Of a stretch of 64,000 bases of DNA, positions 35,912 to 49,187 are shown one piece after another. Position 1 is the first letter of the stretch. The number at the start of each line of letters is the position of its first letter. The DNA is from Hydrolagus colliei (taxonomy: Eukaryota), in the NCBI GenBank assembly GCA_035084275.1, contig CM068769.1, positions 558,001-622,000 of the forward strand, in the 5' to 3' direction. Made by a program: the position numbers and the translations under genes. The notes below the pieces were generated by a model, which saw only the letters and a program-made list of their open reading frames with translations, made no database searches and was not told the origin of the DNA.

Positions 35912-36449
35912 CTGGAATAAACCAGGAAAAGCACGGCGAAATATTATTTACCAAATTCACAGTTTATTTGTCAGCAGTGGAACAATAGTTAGCAATGCGT
36001 TTTGCACAGCGTGTTATAGCATTGTTGAGACTCACTAATGCGTTGTCCAGAATATACAATCAAGTGATAAACTGTAGGTTTTGTCGCCAGAACATGTCAG
36101 CCAGTTTTGCACATCAATGCCTCACAAAGACTTGTGGTATGAGTTACTAAACTATTATTGAAACATACATAAGGCATTATTACCTTCGGAAAATATATCT
36201 GTCTGTCTGGTAAACAAAGGTTAAAATCGATAAATAAATTTTATTTTGAATATCAAGGCAAGGGTTCAACCCGGTGATAAATCCACTGCATTCCTACGTT
36301 CAAAATCCTGAATGTAGGATCTTGAATGCTCCTCACATTTAACGACCTCCACAACCTCGCACCGACATGTGTTACGTCATATCCCTTTACAAACCTGAAC
36401 TCCCGATAAATCCGCTCAGCAGGCTCTGGCCTGCTCCACCTACTCCAAC

Positions 36450-36775
36450 CAAGGGACTGTTTCCCCTGGTACGAGAATCTATAACCAGGGGTCAGTGTCT
36501 TAGAATTAAGGGTCAGCCTTTTAGAACAGATTTGAGGAAACATTTCTTCACTTAGAGGTTAGTGAATTGATGGAAGGCTGTGGATGCTGAGTCCTTGAAC
36601 ATTTGCAAGGCTGAGACTGATAGATTTTTCAAAAATAAAGGAATTGGGAGAAATAGTGATAGGCCAGTTAATCAGAGTTAGGTGAGAAGATCAGCCATGA
36701 TCTTATTGAATGACGGAACAGGCTCGATGAGCTGAATGGCCTACTCCTGCTCCCATTTGTTATGTTCTTATGTTC
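36450..36775 (+). mobile_element. CR1 LINE 3' fragment
   Basis: LFPLVRESITRG...KGQPFRTDLRKHFFT, CR1-type 3' UTR and a TTATGTTC tail. Confidence 0.8.
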
Positions 36776-37501
36776 AAATCTATCCGCACAGCCGTTCACG
36801 GCCGAATCTTCAGCCACTTTCGCCCCAAAATCTGGAAATCTGTCCTGCAGTCCTCCACGTCGCCCACGCTCCGGCCTCCTTGAAGTCTAGCCTCAAGACT
36901 CTCCACTTCGACAGCAACTGATAAGCCTCCCCTTCCAGCCCACCTCCCAGTCCTCAACATGGGTTTGAAACTGTAACTGTCCAGCGCCTTGAGACACCCT
37001 ACTGACGGTAAATGAGCTATAAAAGTGCAATTTTGGTAGGGTTGCTGTTGTTTGTTGCACAGTTTCTATAATGCGGGATAGACGGCTGTTTCGTTTTGGA
37101 AGACGGTTGAGCTCGAGGTGAAGCTTTGGAGGGGTCTGCAGCACACTACTGCAAGTCTTGCTTGTTACACTATTGACTATTGGTCCAACAAAATAATAAA
37201 TGGAAAGAAACATGGTATTTGCAAACTGATATGAGTGAATTGCATCTGGATGTGTAGCGCTCAACTCGTTCACTAATTGCTGTCTGCGTTTAGTGAACGT
37301 GTAATGATGTGAGGGTTTAGCTGACAAGCTGATGGGAGGGGAATGTGGTTTGCGCTGTGTCTGTCTGCTGAAGTATCTGCTCCCCGCTGGGCCTCAAAGC
37401 CAGACCAAAATTCCGCACACGCTTCAAACACACGTATCGTCCCCTATGTATAAAATGAAGACAGTTTTTGTACGAGCTCTGCAGTGTAGTCAACCACAGT
37501 G

Positions 37502-38280
37502 GTGCGTCTAAAGGCACAGTAATACAGTGCGCTGTCAGATACCAGCAGCTCAGAGATGGATAACCTGATGGAAGAACTAGATTTCTGTAGGTGCGCAGAG
37601 AAACGGTTTCCAAATCCTGTGCCTTTGACTGGATCATTAGTCGAAGATTTACTCAGGACTATAAACTCTGGGTGTTTGTCTGGGTACTGTCTGTACCAGT
37701 AGAGATAGTAACTGCTAGCAGTCGTGGAGTATGTGCAAAGCAAATCGACAATATCTCCTTCTTGCTTAATCTCGGTAGCTTTCTGGTTGACAGAATCGGC
37801 GTCACAGAGTTCTGCAATAAAGCAAGCAAATAACAGTTAACATTCATAGAATCATAGAATCTTATGGCACAATGGGAGGCCATTCGGCCAATCGAGTCTG
37901 TGCCGGCTCTTTGAAGAGAGGAATTCTATCCCACTCCCCAGCTCTCTCTCCCGATAACTGTGCAAAACTGTCCTCCAAAAATATACGTCTACATCTCTTG
38001 TAAAATATGCATCAGCCTCTCCAACCGTTTCCGGCAATGCATTCAAAATCCCAACAACGGGATGAATGAAAAAACGTTTCCTCAACTTCTCTCTAAATCT
38101 TTAGAAACTATTAAAGCATCTCGATTGCGGAATGATTTCTCTGTCCACTCAGCTACAGGTCTCCCTCCAACAATTGTTGTTGAAATGGAGCTGACCATCA
38201 GCAGCGACACTGAATTAGCTCAAGACGACCTCACCTGCTGTAAAGGTTCCCAGCACTAGACAGAAAACAAACAGCCTCAT
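37502..38280 (-). CDS. TCR alpha/delta V segment V6 (family C), apparently functional
   Basis: Leader 38280-38235 MRLFVFCLVLGTFTA (GTGAGG donor). V exon 37811-37502 ELCDADSVNQK...LLC...YLYWYRQ...DSALYYCAFRR is open. RSS CACTGTG/23/ACAAAAACT. Confidence 0.87.
37843..38110 (-). mobile_element. CR1 3' fragment inside the V6 leader intron
   Basis: ATTCTATG-type tail at 37845-37862. Body similar to the reverse complement of the 3' end of the CR1 at 773-1593. Confidence 0.8.
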
Positions 38281-41200
38281 TGCTGCTTCTCAGCCTTTGC
38301 GGTTGTGTCTGTGACATCAGTTTGCTGGGAACCATCCGCAATATTCGTCACTGGCAAATCCCACAGTCCCACGTCACCTCATTGACATCTCACACTTGCT
38401 TCAACAATAGGAACCGATTGGTTTAACACAGCGCAATACGAAATTGACTGTGTGTATGGCTGTGGGGGTGGGGGGTGGAGAATTGGGGTGAGGGGGTGCT
38501 GGAGGGCAGGGAATCCTCATACACAGCTCCTGTTAACTCTATAATTAAAACGCAGCATATGGGATGGTGATAGTAAAAATAGAACAGCGAAAACGTAAAT
38601 TTATATACCGCTCTCTAATGCAGGATGGCATCTCAGAGCTCTTCTCAATGACAGATCCTAGGCCCGTGCGAGGGACTGGAGTAGAAAAGTAACCAAATTC
38701 TCGGTCAAAACAAACATCTTCATCTGATTCCCCAAAGTAGTAAGAGAGGGGGCGAGGTGAAGCTATTCCTGAGACTCGGGGCGAAGTGGCTGACGGCACG
38801 GCCGCCGACAGTGGAGCGGATGATTTAGGGGACAAGGAGGAGGCCAGAAACGTAGGACTCAAGGCAAAAGTTGCTGTGCTGGGGAGAGAGGTAGGTCAGA
38901 GAGGCAGGGGAGGTGGATGCAGAGGAGTGTAGAGACTTGAAAACTAGAGTGAGGATCTTGAAATCGATCCTCTCCGAGACAGAGAGCCAGTGGAGTCTGG
39001 CAAGTGCTGGGGTAATCTAAAGGAAATGCAAGAATTATTATTTGTACTATTATTACCATTATCATTATTACTATTATTAATCGCACACACAAGTGCCGTT
39101 TGTGTTGACGATCGAGATAATGCAGGGAGACTGGAGAGGGGCTGGCCAAAACAGAATATTGGGTGTATTTCTGACTTCCACTTCAAATTTCGCAAAGCCG
39201 TGTCTCACAAACAGTCCTTGAATCTGTGACCTAATTAATAATTCGCTTCTCTACATATTGGCTTTCTTTTACACTTTAGTTTACCTAATTTTGAATGTAA
39301 TATTACCACCGCCACCGGAATGTGCTCTGCCAATCGACTAACTATTGTGGAGATTGTAGCTGAATGGTAAGAGCATTAGCCTTACAAGTGAGAGACCTGG
39401 GTTCTTTTCAGGCTGGGCAAAAGCATGCGCAGGATACATTATTGTACCCACCAGATAAAAATCCATTTAAAAAAATGATAATTTCAATCCACGACTGTTT
39501 GGGGGACACTGCTTTGTGAAATGAGCGATAGAATTTCGCCCGCAAATATACAGTCACTTAACAGTCTATACTGTGAAGTGCTTTGTGCTAACTGGATGTC
39601 GTGAAAAGCGCTACAGATAATGCAAGAATTACTGTTATTTTCAATGTTAAATTGAATACTCCTTGGTGCTAGTTAAAAAGAGGTTTCTGTAGGAATTAAA
39701 ATGACTCGTGGTTTGACCCACCCAGGAACCGTATCCAGCTCTGCTCGCTTTCGAGGCTTGTGATGTAACTATTTAGCTATAGAACTCCACGGTATTTGCT
39801 GTACAACGCAGTAACGCGGCTTCATATTGATGTGAATGTTGCTATAAATATTTGTTGTATTGTATATTATATAGCGCCATCTAGCTTCCTTTCAGGCAAG
39901 TGTCAGTTGATGGGTTGTGTGATGATGATTTGATTTAGATTTACCCGTGTATCCAATGGGATAATTAGTACATCATCAATATTCTTTTCGACAGCTCCCT
40001 GTTGAACAAGTCCTTGCAAAAGCTTTCCAACACTTCCATGTATTTACACCTATATCTCCCATCACAGGACATCCACGACCGACCCCCCCCTCCCCTAGCT
40101 CCCGCAACAACCCCCTCACCCCCCACCAAGAGAAGCACCCATCTTCCCAGCTCATACCCTAACTCCCTCCCTCTCCAAACCCTCCACTACGACTTACCAT
40201 CAGTGTACAGGCTTTCAGCCTCTCTCCTACCGCTCTCTTGAATTACATCCCAGAGTCATTTCGCTACCCTATCTCGCTTGACAAACTACGGCCGGTCTCA
40301 AGACCCTCTGCTTCGATCTTGCCTGCTGCTGCCCTCCCAACTCCCTCCCACCCCACTCGAACTTTCTTCCCTACCCTTCCATATCTCTCCCCTACCCTTC
40401 CAACTCTCTGCCCTTCTCCTGCCAAATCTAGACTTTTCCTCTCCGAACTCTCTACCCCTCCATTCCCAACACTCTCCGTCGATGCCAACACTCTACCTCC
40501 CGCACAAATCTCTCCCTCTCCTCCCAACACTCTCCCCATCTTCCACAATCTCTCTTTCCCCTTCCAACTCTTTCCCTACCCTGCCAGCTGTCCACCACCG
40601 CATTTGGATGTACTGCCATCGTCAAATGCGCTATATCAATTTAGTTAATTCGTTTTCGTTGCTTTATTCTAATAACAACAGCAGTGCATGACAAAGATGC
40701 ATTACTGCTTCTATTTGTTGGAACGCCATACCAAGTATTTCATTTCATCCACAATATAATATAATATACTTGTGATTCACTACATTTTGTCTGGAAATGC
40801 GGCAACGAACAGACTACAGCTGTGTTCCACAAGTAGTCTTGGATATGGTGACTAACGCTTTTGTAAGGGAATGACAAATCTTGCATTTGATATAACGCTT
40901 TTCACGTCTAATCGACGTCTCAAAGCGCTCACGGAATATACAGTCAAGTGAATTGAAGACATCTTTGTGGGGGACACACGGCAGCCAATTGTGCACAGTA
41001 GTGTCGCACAATTAGTCGTGGGTTGAAATGACCAAATTAATTATTGTGGTTGTTAACTAGTTATTAAGTCTCCCTGAAAAGAAATGCACAGTTTGACTAC
41101 CAACAGGCGGCCAATATATTCCTTGTTAAACAGAGTAATTTGGAAGATGGAAACATGCCGAAAGTTTCTCCTTGACGGTTATCAAAAAAGGTGTCCTCTC

Positions 41201-42166
41201 TACGGAATCATTTTTCCACAAATATACAGTCAATTCGCTTTACGGTGTGTACTATGTGAAGTGATTCCAGACGTCGGTAAGATGTGAAACGCGCTACATC
41301 AAATGAAAGGATTATTCTTACATTATTATAACTTTGTCTCACATTCCATTCTACACAGATGGAGCTTGACTTGTTGAGTTCAAGCGATGTCAGTATTTGT
41401 TTCCGTTTAAATTGTGTTTCACTCACAAAACATTAACCTCAACACAATATGTCGTTGCGTATAATCAACATCCATTGGGATCACTGGCTTGAAATTATTT
41501 TGCCAAAAGAGCAAAGCCATTGACAAAGTGAGACATCTCAATAAAGCTGCACATGATACAGTGTGATATCTAAAAGAGGGACATCTACAAGTGCTGGACA
41601 AGATATAGTGTGATGTGTACTGACAGTTTCTGTCTGCCAACTCGCTGTTAACTCACTTTACAGTATATTCACTGACACGTTGAGACGTCCAGCAGCATCA
41701 ACAACACAATTACAGTTGTACGGCGTCTTGGATATCAGGAGAACGTCCCAAGATGCTGCCTAGTTACTGCTAAGGACCCGAGCTGAGGAGAGGTGGCGAT
41801 GTGGGAAGCTGGGGGGTTGTGGCCGAGGAGTTCAGATGGATCCATCGAAGAGGAGAGTCTTGGGGCGAGACTCGAGGAAGGCCAGGGAGATATGATAATG
41901 CTCCCATAACCAAAATTAAAGATGATTATTGCTAATCTTTCTTCCACTCTTCTCCTATGTATTCTATCAGTTGTTCGCCTGTGGTTGGAAATGTTGTCAC
42001 ATGTTTCCTCTGAGAGACACAGCAACAAATGTAGGATACGTCAAATAGTTCAACCGTCAGCAATGACAGCTTTGCTGTGATTAAACCCATTAACTCCCTT
42101 TGCAGGTTTATGTTCGGTGGTGTAGAGTGTTTTTGTACGAGTCACAGGCTGGTTCGCATCACTGTG

Positions 42167-43241
42167 TGGACAGAGAGCACAGTAATACACAGCGCTGTCA
42201 GACAGCTCCAGCTGGGAGATAGTTAAACTGCTGAGTTTTGTCGAGGTCTGGAGTTCCACAGAGAATCGTTTATCAATAAAATCTGCTCTGTATGCACTCA
42301 CACTGGAATGCTTCGTGAGTATATACTGCGGTTGATATCCCAGCAGTTCTCGATACCATTGCAAATAATATCTGCTGAGAGATGTGTCATATTGACATTC
42401 CATGGTTACACTTCCTCCTTCTTTCTCGGTCACTGGAGACGCCTTCTGTGTCACAGAGTCCCCTTGGGCCAGGCCTGGAATACACAAACACGCAGTCATG
42501 TAGATCAAGATTTCGCGCTCGCTTCACAACCGAGAAGACCTGGGTTAGATTCCCGGTCAGGACACAATAAATCGTCAGGTACGTTTCCCAACAAGCATGC
42601 GTTTGTTTGCGTAGCATCAACTTGAAACCCAGTTGTTCGTCGATCGGCGGATTGAGTTTACCAAGGGTAATGATCCGTTTGAAAATACAGAAATTATTTA
42701 GTCATTCAATCAAAGACTGTTTTTGCGACACTTCTGTGAGATCATGGCTTTCCCGTTTCTTCCACAGATTACATTACTCTTTACACAATATTCTGTGAAG
42801 TGACTCTAGTATCTCTAACTGATGCTTGACCCAATGCGTCGATTGTTAGTGTTGTTATGAACCCTTTGGCAAGATTTCTTAATCCACACGCCTACTAATA
42901 ATCCCTCAACAAATACACAGTAATAAAATTGGTCATTTCAATCCACGACTGTTTGTGGGACACTGCTTGCGCAATTGGCTGCCGCGTTTCGCCCACATAT
43001 ATACAGTCAATTCACTTTGCAGTTTATTCTTCGAATCGCTTTGGGACGTTGATAATATGTGAAAAGCGATTCATAAAATGCAAGGATTAGTATTATTAAT
43101 AGTATTATCATAATGAAGAGAATATATTCACGTAAACAAATCAACGGTTTTGAAAATTGATTAAAATGACCACTGTTACACCATATTACCTATTAAAATG
43201 GCAACCAGAGGCAGACGCCCATTGAATCTCCATATTGTCAT
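42167..43241 (-). CDS. TCR alpha/delta V segment V7, apparently functional
   Basis: Leader 43241-43190 MTIWRFNGRLPLVAILI (GTAAT donor, phase 1). V exon 42474-42167 LAQGDSVTQK...MEC...LQWYRE...DSAVYYCALCP. RSS CACAGTG/23/ACAAAAACA. SINE in the intron. Confidence 0.87.
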
Positions 43242-46200
43242 CACTCACTGCAAAATTACGATGTTATGTGTGAAGGTATTGTTGTTGTTCTGAGACATAC
43301 AGCTCTGACACAGGTGACGCTTGATGGCGATGACCTCACTTCCAAATCCTGTGACGTGGACAACAACTGATCAGTGTGCTAGCGATGTCAATAAGTCACA
43401 GATTATCGTCTGGGGAAAGAGATGGGGGAGCGTATCTTAATAGATTTAATTCAGTTTGGCGACAGACATAGCGGCGATACTTAACATTAATAATATATCT
43501 GATATTTGCTATTCCTTCCTGTTTTAACGATGAGGAAACATTAAGCGTTCCACACAATATACTGTCAGGTTTAATGACTTTAGAACATATTTGTGTGTTG
43601 TCATATGTTATATTGAACGACTATCAATTGAGGAACATACGCACGACGACATGTGGACTGGATACCAATGGATCCGGGCTGGAATCAGAGCAAAAACCGG
43701 TAGAGTCGCGAAACGCGGCAGCCAAATTGCGCACAGTCGTGTCTCACAAACAGTCATGGCAGTGGGTTTAGGGGAAAATGGGGGCGCAAATGGCAAGGGG
43801 AGGGGTCGGGGTAGGGAGAATGAGAGCAAGACCCGAAATCTTGACTCGATTTTCTTTACTCCATAGTTGATGCCTGGTCTGCTGATTGTTCCCAGCCATT
43901 TCTGTTTTCGTTTCAGATTTCCAGCGTCTGCAATATTTTGCGTGTTTATTCAGGCAGAATCTATTGATGGAAGTTCAGCTAGTTGGTCACGCATATTGTG
44001 TAGCTATTACTGAATATAATCTGCTACGACTTAAGCGCTCGAGACATCGTCTGACGTGAAGGACGCTATGTAGATTCTTGTTGTTGTTGTTGATCTCTTC
44101 ATTCATGTCAATTGTGGTCAGCCTCAACTGGGATCTTGGACGTATGTGGAAACCCATGAAATTGCTTAAGCATATCCAAACTAGATAGAGCATTCAATTT
44201 ATACCATCATTACTGAAGGATTACTCGACAGTTATTAAGAGGCATGGGTTTGCGTCAGAGCAACGCAAAGGTTGGACAAGTTGATTTACTCCCCTGTTTT
44301 TGCCTCTGTTTAATCAGCAATAAATTGGAACCAGGTTGTTAGTCGATTGGCCGATCACTCATTACGGATTAATAACCACTCAATATAGAACAATGATGGA
44401 AGCACTGAATCCATAATTGCTCATGGCACACTGCTATCCTCATTTGGCTGCTGCGTTTCGCTCAAAAAAATTGCAATCAATTCATATTATTGTGTATTCC
44501 GTGTTCCGTTTTGGTGGGTGCCGAAGACGTTATCAGTCGCTATTCTAAACACAAGGATCATTATAGTTGTCATCAATTCTGCGAGACGTCTCAATCGACT
44601 TCGCAAAATACAATGTAATGTGCATCGACAATATCAGTTTTAAAGTGGTGTGAAGTAAGAAAATCTACATGGAGCATTGTCGCCTTCTAGTGGCCAGTAT
44701 ATGAAAATTCAACTCTATCATAATATTTGATGCATAACGTGAAATAATGCAATCATTGAAACAATAATATTGTGTAGTTGCCCGTGTCTTATGCCAGCTC
44801 AGAATAAGTAGAGTAGTAGCCTGTATATTTGTTGGACGAAACTCGGCAGCCAATTGTGTAGACTACTGACAAGCAAAGTTTAAGGGATGGAGTGATCATT
44901 TATTATTTTTTATTTCGTGGCGAATTCTCTGCTCTGAAAAACTAGTCGACGTACAAATGGATTCCAGCTTCCAGCTAGACACACTGAACATTGAGGAGTA
45001 AGACAATTGGGCCAACGTTTCCTCTAATCAGAGACTCAAGTCTCGGTCCCATTATTGAGGTGAAAGTGGCAGAGTTCTCCTTCAGATTGGAGAGAGCGAA
45101 GAGGTTGACGTAGGTTTAACGTTTCAGAGCACAAAAATTGGGAGAAAGTATAGCACGGAGGACTTTGAAACTGATAATGAGGATTTCGAATTCTGGAGAA
45201 TGGGTAAGCAAAAGAGAGGGCGAGTTTCCAATGATAGGTTTATGGAAATTGCTTTGTGGAAAAACATCAGCTGTAGAGTTCTGGATGAATCACATTTTGT
45301 GCACGAAAGAGTTCGGAAGGCCGACACCCATTGAGATAACCGAGCTGTAAATAGATGGGATGAACATGTAGGCGTAACGTAAGAAATCTAAAATAATTAT
45401 TCGTTTTATTATATTAGCAAACCCCAATCAAATAATAGCAACTGGACCTGCAGCGAATAATTATTGTCTGCGTTGATCGTGACAGCTAATGAATATCTGA
45501 CGTGATTCAGGGAGGTGAATGTGGACTCCTCTGGGGCGCCATTGGCTTCCTGCAGCTCACAGAGCTCGAAGTCGTTATCAAGCATCCACTTGGTATTCAA
45601 CCAGTGGATCAACCCATGTAAAATGCGTAGGCAGTTTCTGTGAGAATTGCTACGACATCTGTCACTGTGGTGAGTTTACAACAACAACAACAACAACAAC
45701 ATTACATTTGTAAAACGACTTTCCCGTCAAGAGGACGTCTCAAGGCGCTTGACAGTAATTGGTTCAGATCCGAACTGAGGAAAAGTTGAGTGGTGGGAGG
45801 AGATGCCGATGGGTTCTTCGAAGAGGAGAGTCTTCAGGCGGATTCTTGAAGGACGCTAGGGAGCGGTCGACGGTGGTGCCTGCGAAATGGATTTCCAGAG
45901 TTTGGGGGGGCAGAGTGGCTGACGGCTAGCTCGCCAACGCTTGTGCGGATGGGTCGTGGGTGGTGGAGCAGATTAGAGTTAGCTGAGTGGATGCGTCGGG
46001 CAGTTTGCTAGTGGGATAAGAGGTCAGGGATGTAGGGTGGGGCGAGATTTTAGGGGACTTTAAATGCCACAGTGTTTCGCAGCAGTGTCAGATCGCAGCG
46101 GATCAGAGATAACAAAAGTAAGTGTTGGAAGTATCAGAGATGTATAACTGAGCACAGAAACAATTTCGAAATCGCATTGCATTAACTTGATTGTTTCCTC

Positions 46201-46907
46201 GCAGAATATCCACGAATTGTAAATTCCTGCAGCTTTTCTCGCTACCAAAATAGATTTTAATAGCTAACAGGAGTAGAATAAAAAATATTAGTAGTAACAC
46301 CAAATATTATCCACTCCAGAAAGAAACGCAATAATCAAATTGGTCATTTAAATCCGTGACAGTCTGTGGGACGCTGCTGTGCAAAACTAGCTGCTGCGTT
46401 TCACCCACAAATTTAGTCATAAAACTACACAATACATTATGTGAAGCGCGTTTTGACGTTACAGAAGAGGTGAAAACTGCTATTGCAAATGCAAGAAATA
46501 TTACTACAATGTCTGCGTTAACAGTCATGGCACGGCTAACGAAAATTCTGTTCCAGAGCGTATGTATAAGGGAGTTGACTCGATGGTCTTGTACAACATG
46601 CGAGCATTGTCTCACAAACGAAGTTTCTTGGTGGAATTATTAATTCGGAAAAAAAGCAGCAAAGTTTTGTTATTCTGTATTATTCATCTACAACATGTAC
46701 ATTCAAGTCACTTTAAGTAGATACTTTGCAGCCCTTTGGGACGTTTCTGGAAGTCATAGGCGGTATATTAAATCCAAGTATAATTACCGTTTTAGAAATG
46801 CGGATTACTTTTCTCTTTCGCTTGACGCAACGGCGCCTCTTGTGGTTTAACTGCATTGGTACAGTTGACGTACTTGTACGAAGCCCCCATGCCATACCTA
46901 CACCGTG

Positions 46908-47211
46908 GGAAGCTTGGCGCAGTAATACAGGGCACTGTCACCGATCAGGACGGTGTCAATTCTCAGTTCAAAATATTCTCTTATTCTATGGACGGTGGAG
47001 TGAAACCGAGCTGGAAAGTCAGGATTCCTGTCATCCTTCCCTGCAATGGGAGACAGTATGTAGACAGGAGCGTTCCTTGATGCTTGTCTGTACCAGAAGA
47101 GGCTATAGGGATCACTTATTTTCTTCAAGGTGCAGGATATTGTCACGTCTTCTCCCTCTCGTATCAACAGATCAGCAAACGAATGTTTCCCCGTGTTCTG
47201 CAGGCTGTTAC
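46908..47211 (-). pseudogene. TCR V segment V8, open exon but no valid acceptor or leader found
   Basis: GNSLQNTGKHSF...ISC...LFWYRQ...DSALYYCAKLP. The expected AG reads CG (47213-47212). RSS CACGGTG/23/ACAAGTACG. Confidence 0.72.
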
Positions 47212-48219
47212 CGGTGGCGAAATTGAACAGCCTAGTTGAGCCGCAATCTTATATTAGTTGATATCCTGCATTATATTTCTCAGAGCTCTAGATTCTCAAG
47301 CGAGAGGACCTGGGTTCATTTCTCTGGCATGGCTAACTATAGCTAAATTACCATGCAACCGTTGCCTCAAGCAGTAAGTAGAAATTATTTGTGTCAAGCA
47401 GTAAGTAGAATTTTTTTTGTCAGATTGTCTTCCTGGAGCAATTATCCCTTCAGCAATCAATCAATTGCTGCCCCGCCCACAATAAAATAGATACTAATGC
47501 AGTTACTAATTCCAAGATTATTCTTGCAATACTGCTCTACACAGTTGGCTGTTGTGATTCAACCCTGAGTTATACAGCCAATCAATTTCTTCAATGTAAT
47601 ACACTTGAAGACATTTGAGACGTCTTGAATAGGTGGTCACCTGGCTCCACACTCTGGAACTCCATCCCTCAATCCCTTGGCCTAGCTTCCTCCCTTTCCT
47701 CCTTCAATGCCGGTCTCAAAATCTTCCTCTTCGACCTTGCCTTCTGCTCCCATCCTAGCTCTTCACCCTTTCCTACTCACTTTCTCCCTACCTGACATTT
47801 GCCCCCACCCCCACACGGTTCCCGACATAACGTTTCAGCACCAAGGGACGTCCTGCCGACCTCAATGGCGCTATTTTCACTTAATGTTGTTGTTTTTCTC
47901 GTGATAAAGAACGATACGTCATGCAACGATTATTAACATGATACTTTTGTAAAAAGAATAAATAAGGTATTACAAAATCAATTTTTTGAAATGTCTTACG
48001 GCAAAGCAAAGCGAGCGTTATTGAAAGCATAGCCCACATCTCCCAGATAATCATTGTGATTCTTTGTCTCACACTAACTATCTAGCTCACGGCTGTTCAT
48101 TGTGAATGTTGATGAAATGGAGAGACTTGCAGACATTGCTCCTCCCACACGCAGCCTCGCTTACCCAATCACTGCTACGACCATGCAAAGTCACGCCCAG
48201 AAAGTCATTGTACCAAACA

Positions 48220-48490
48220 CACAGAGCCCGGCCCACTCAGACACTTCCCCGCCCACACAGCGCCCCGCCCATCAGTCACTGCCCCTCACACACAGAGCCC
48301 CGCCCGCTCAGTCACTGCCCCACCTACACAGAATCCAGCCCACACAGCAACTTCACCGCCCACACAGAGTCCCGCCGACTCAGTCACAGCCCCGCCTACA
48401 CAGAGCCCCGCTCACTGAGTCGCTACCCCGCCTACACAGAGTCCAGCCTACTAAGCAACTTCCCCTCCCACACAAAGCCCCGCCCACCTA
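48220..48490. repeat. About 33-bp GC-rich minisatellite (CACACAGAGCCCCGCCCRCTCAGTCACTGCCCC-like)
   Basis: About 8 degenerate tandem copies. They generate the repetitive ORFs 48102-48491 and 48106-48579. Confidence 0.85.
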
Positions 48491-48927
48491 AAACCTCGCC
48501 CACCCTCTCACTACCAGATGCAGAGAAAGCCCTTCCCACCCAGAGCCACTCCCACAGTCTCTGCGCTAAAATCACGTAGCGCCGCCCACCCAGTCAGGGC
48601 CACGCTCTCACAGACCCCCGGCAACAGACTCGGTTCCTCACAGGGCCTGCCCAATAAATTGCTGCCACGCCCACAATACGTTGAGCGCCTTCTGTTGTTT
48701 CCTCAGACCTGACTAACACCAATTGCAGGTTTTTTGCGAAACCTGCGGTTTATTGACACGTCCTCTCCGCTGCCCCGGGTTCTCTTCGTTTTCCTTGCCC
48801 TCTCTCCCCGCATTTCTGGCAGAGCAGCCTCTCCCTCGCAACACGCTACATTTCTCACAATGCGTGGCTGACATGCAATGCAGGCTCACATTCCTTAGCT
48901 CCTCAGATGTTGCCTGATTGTTATTAT

Positions 48928-49187
48928 TATTAAACTGGTGGAAGTGTTGCTTTTGTGTATCTGAGCAGACAATCGATTGCCAAACCCCAATACTTTGATT
49001 AGATTACCAATCCCAGCAGAGAATATCCGAACTATAAACCCCGGTTGGCTGTTTGGGTGATGTACGTACCAGTAAATATAATAACTGTTTCCAGTGTTGG
49101 GATAGGGAATCTCTAAAGTTGCGGAGTCTCCTTCTTTCTAAACCATCGCAGCAGCTTTGTGACCGACAGTGTCGCCAGCCGAGAGTT
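48928..49187 (-). pseudogene. TCR V segment V9 (family C), truncated pseudogene
   Basis: Not in the ORF track. TTACAG|AA ELSAGDTVGHKAAAMV*KEG...YIYWYVHHP...FGNRLSAQIHKS. TAG at 49140-49138, first Cys lost, and cut in FR3 with no RSS. Confidence 0.82.
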
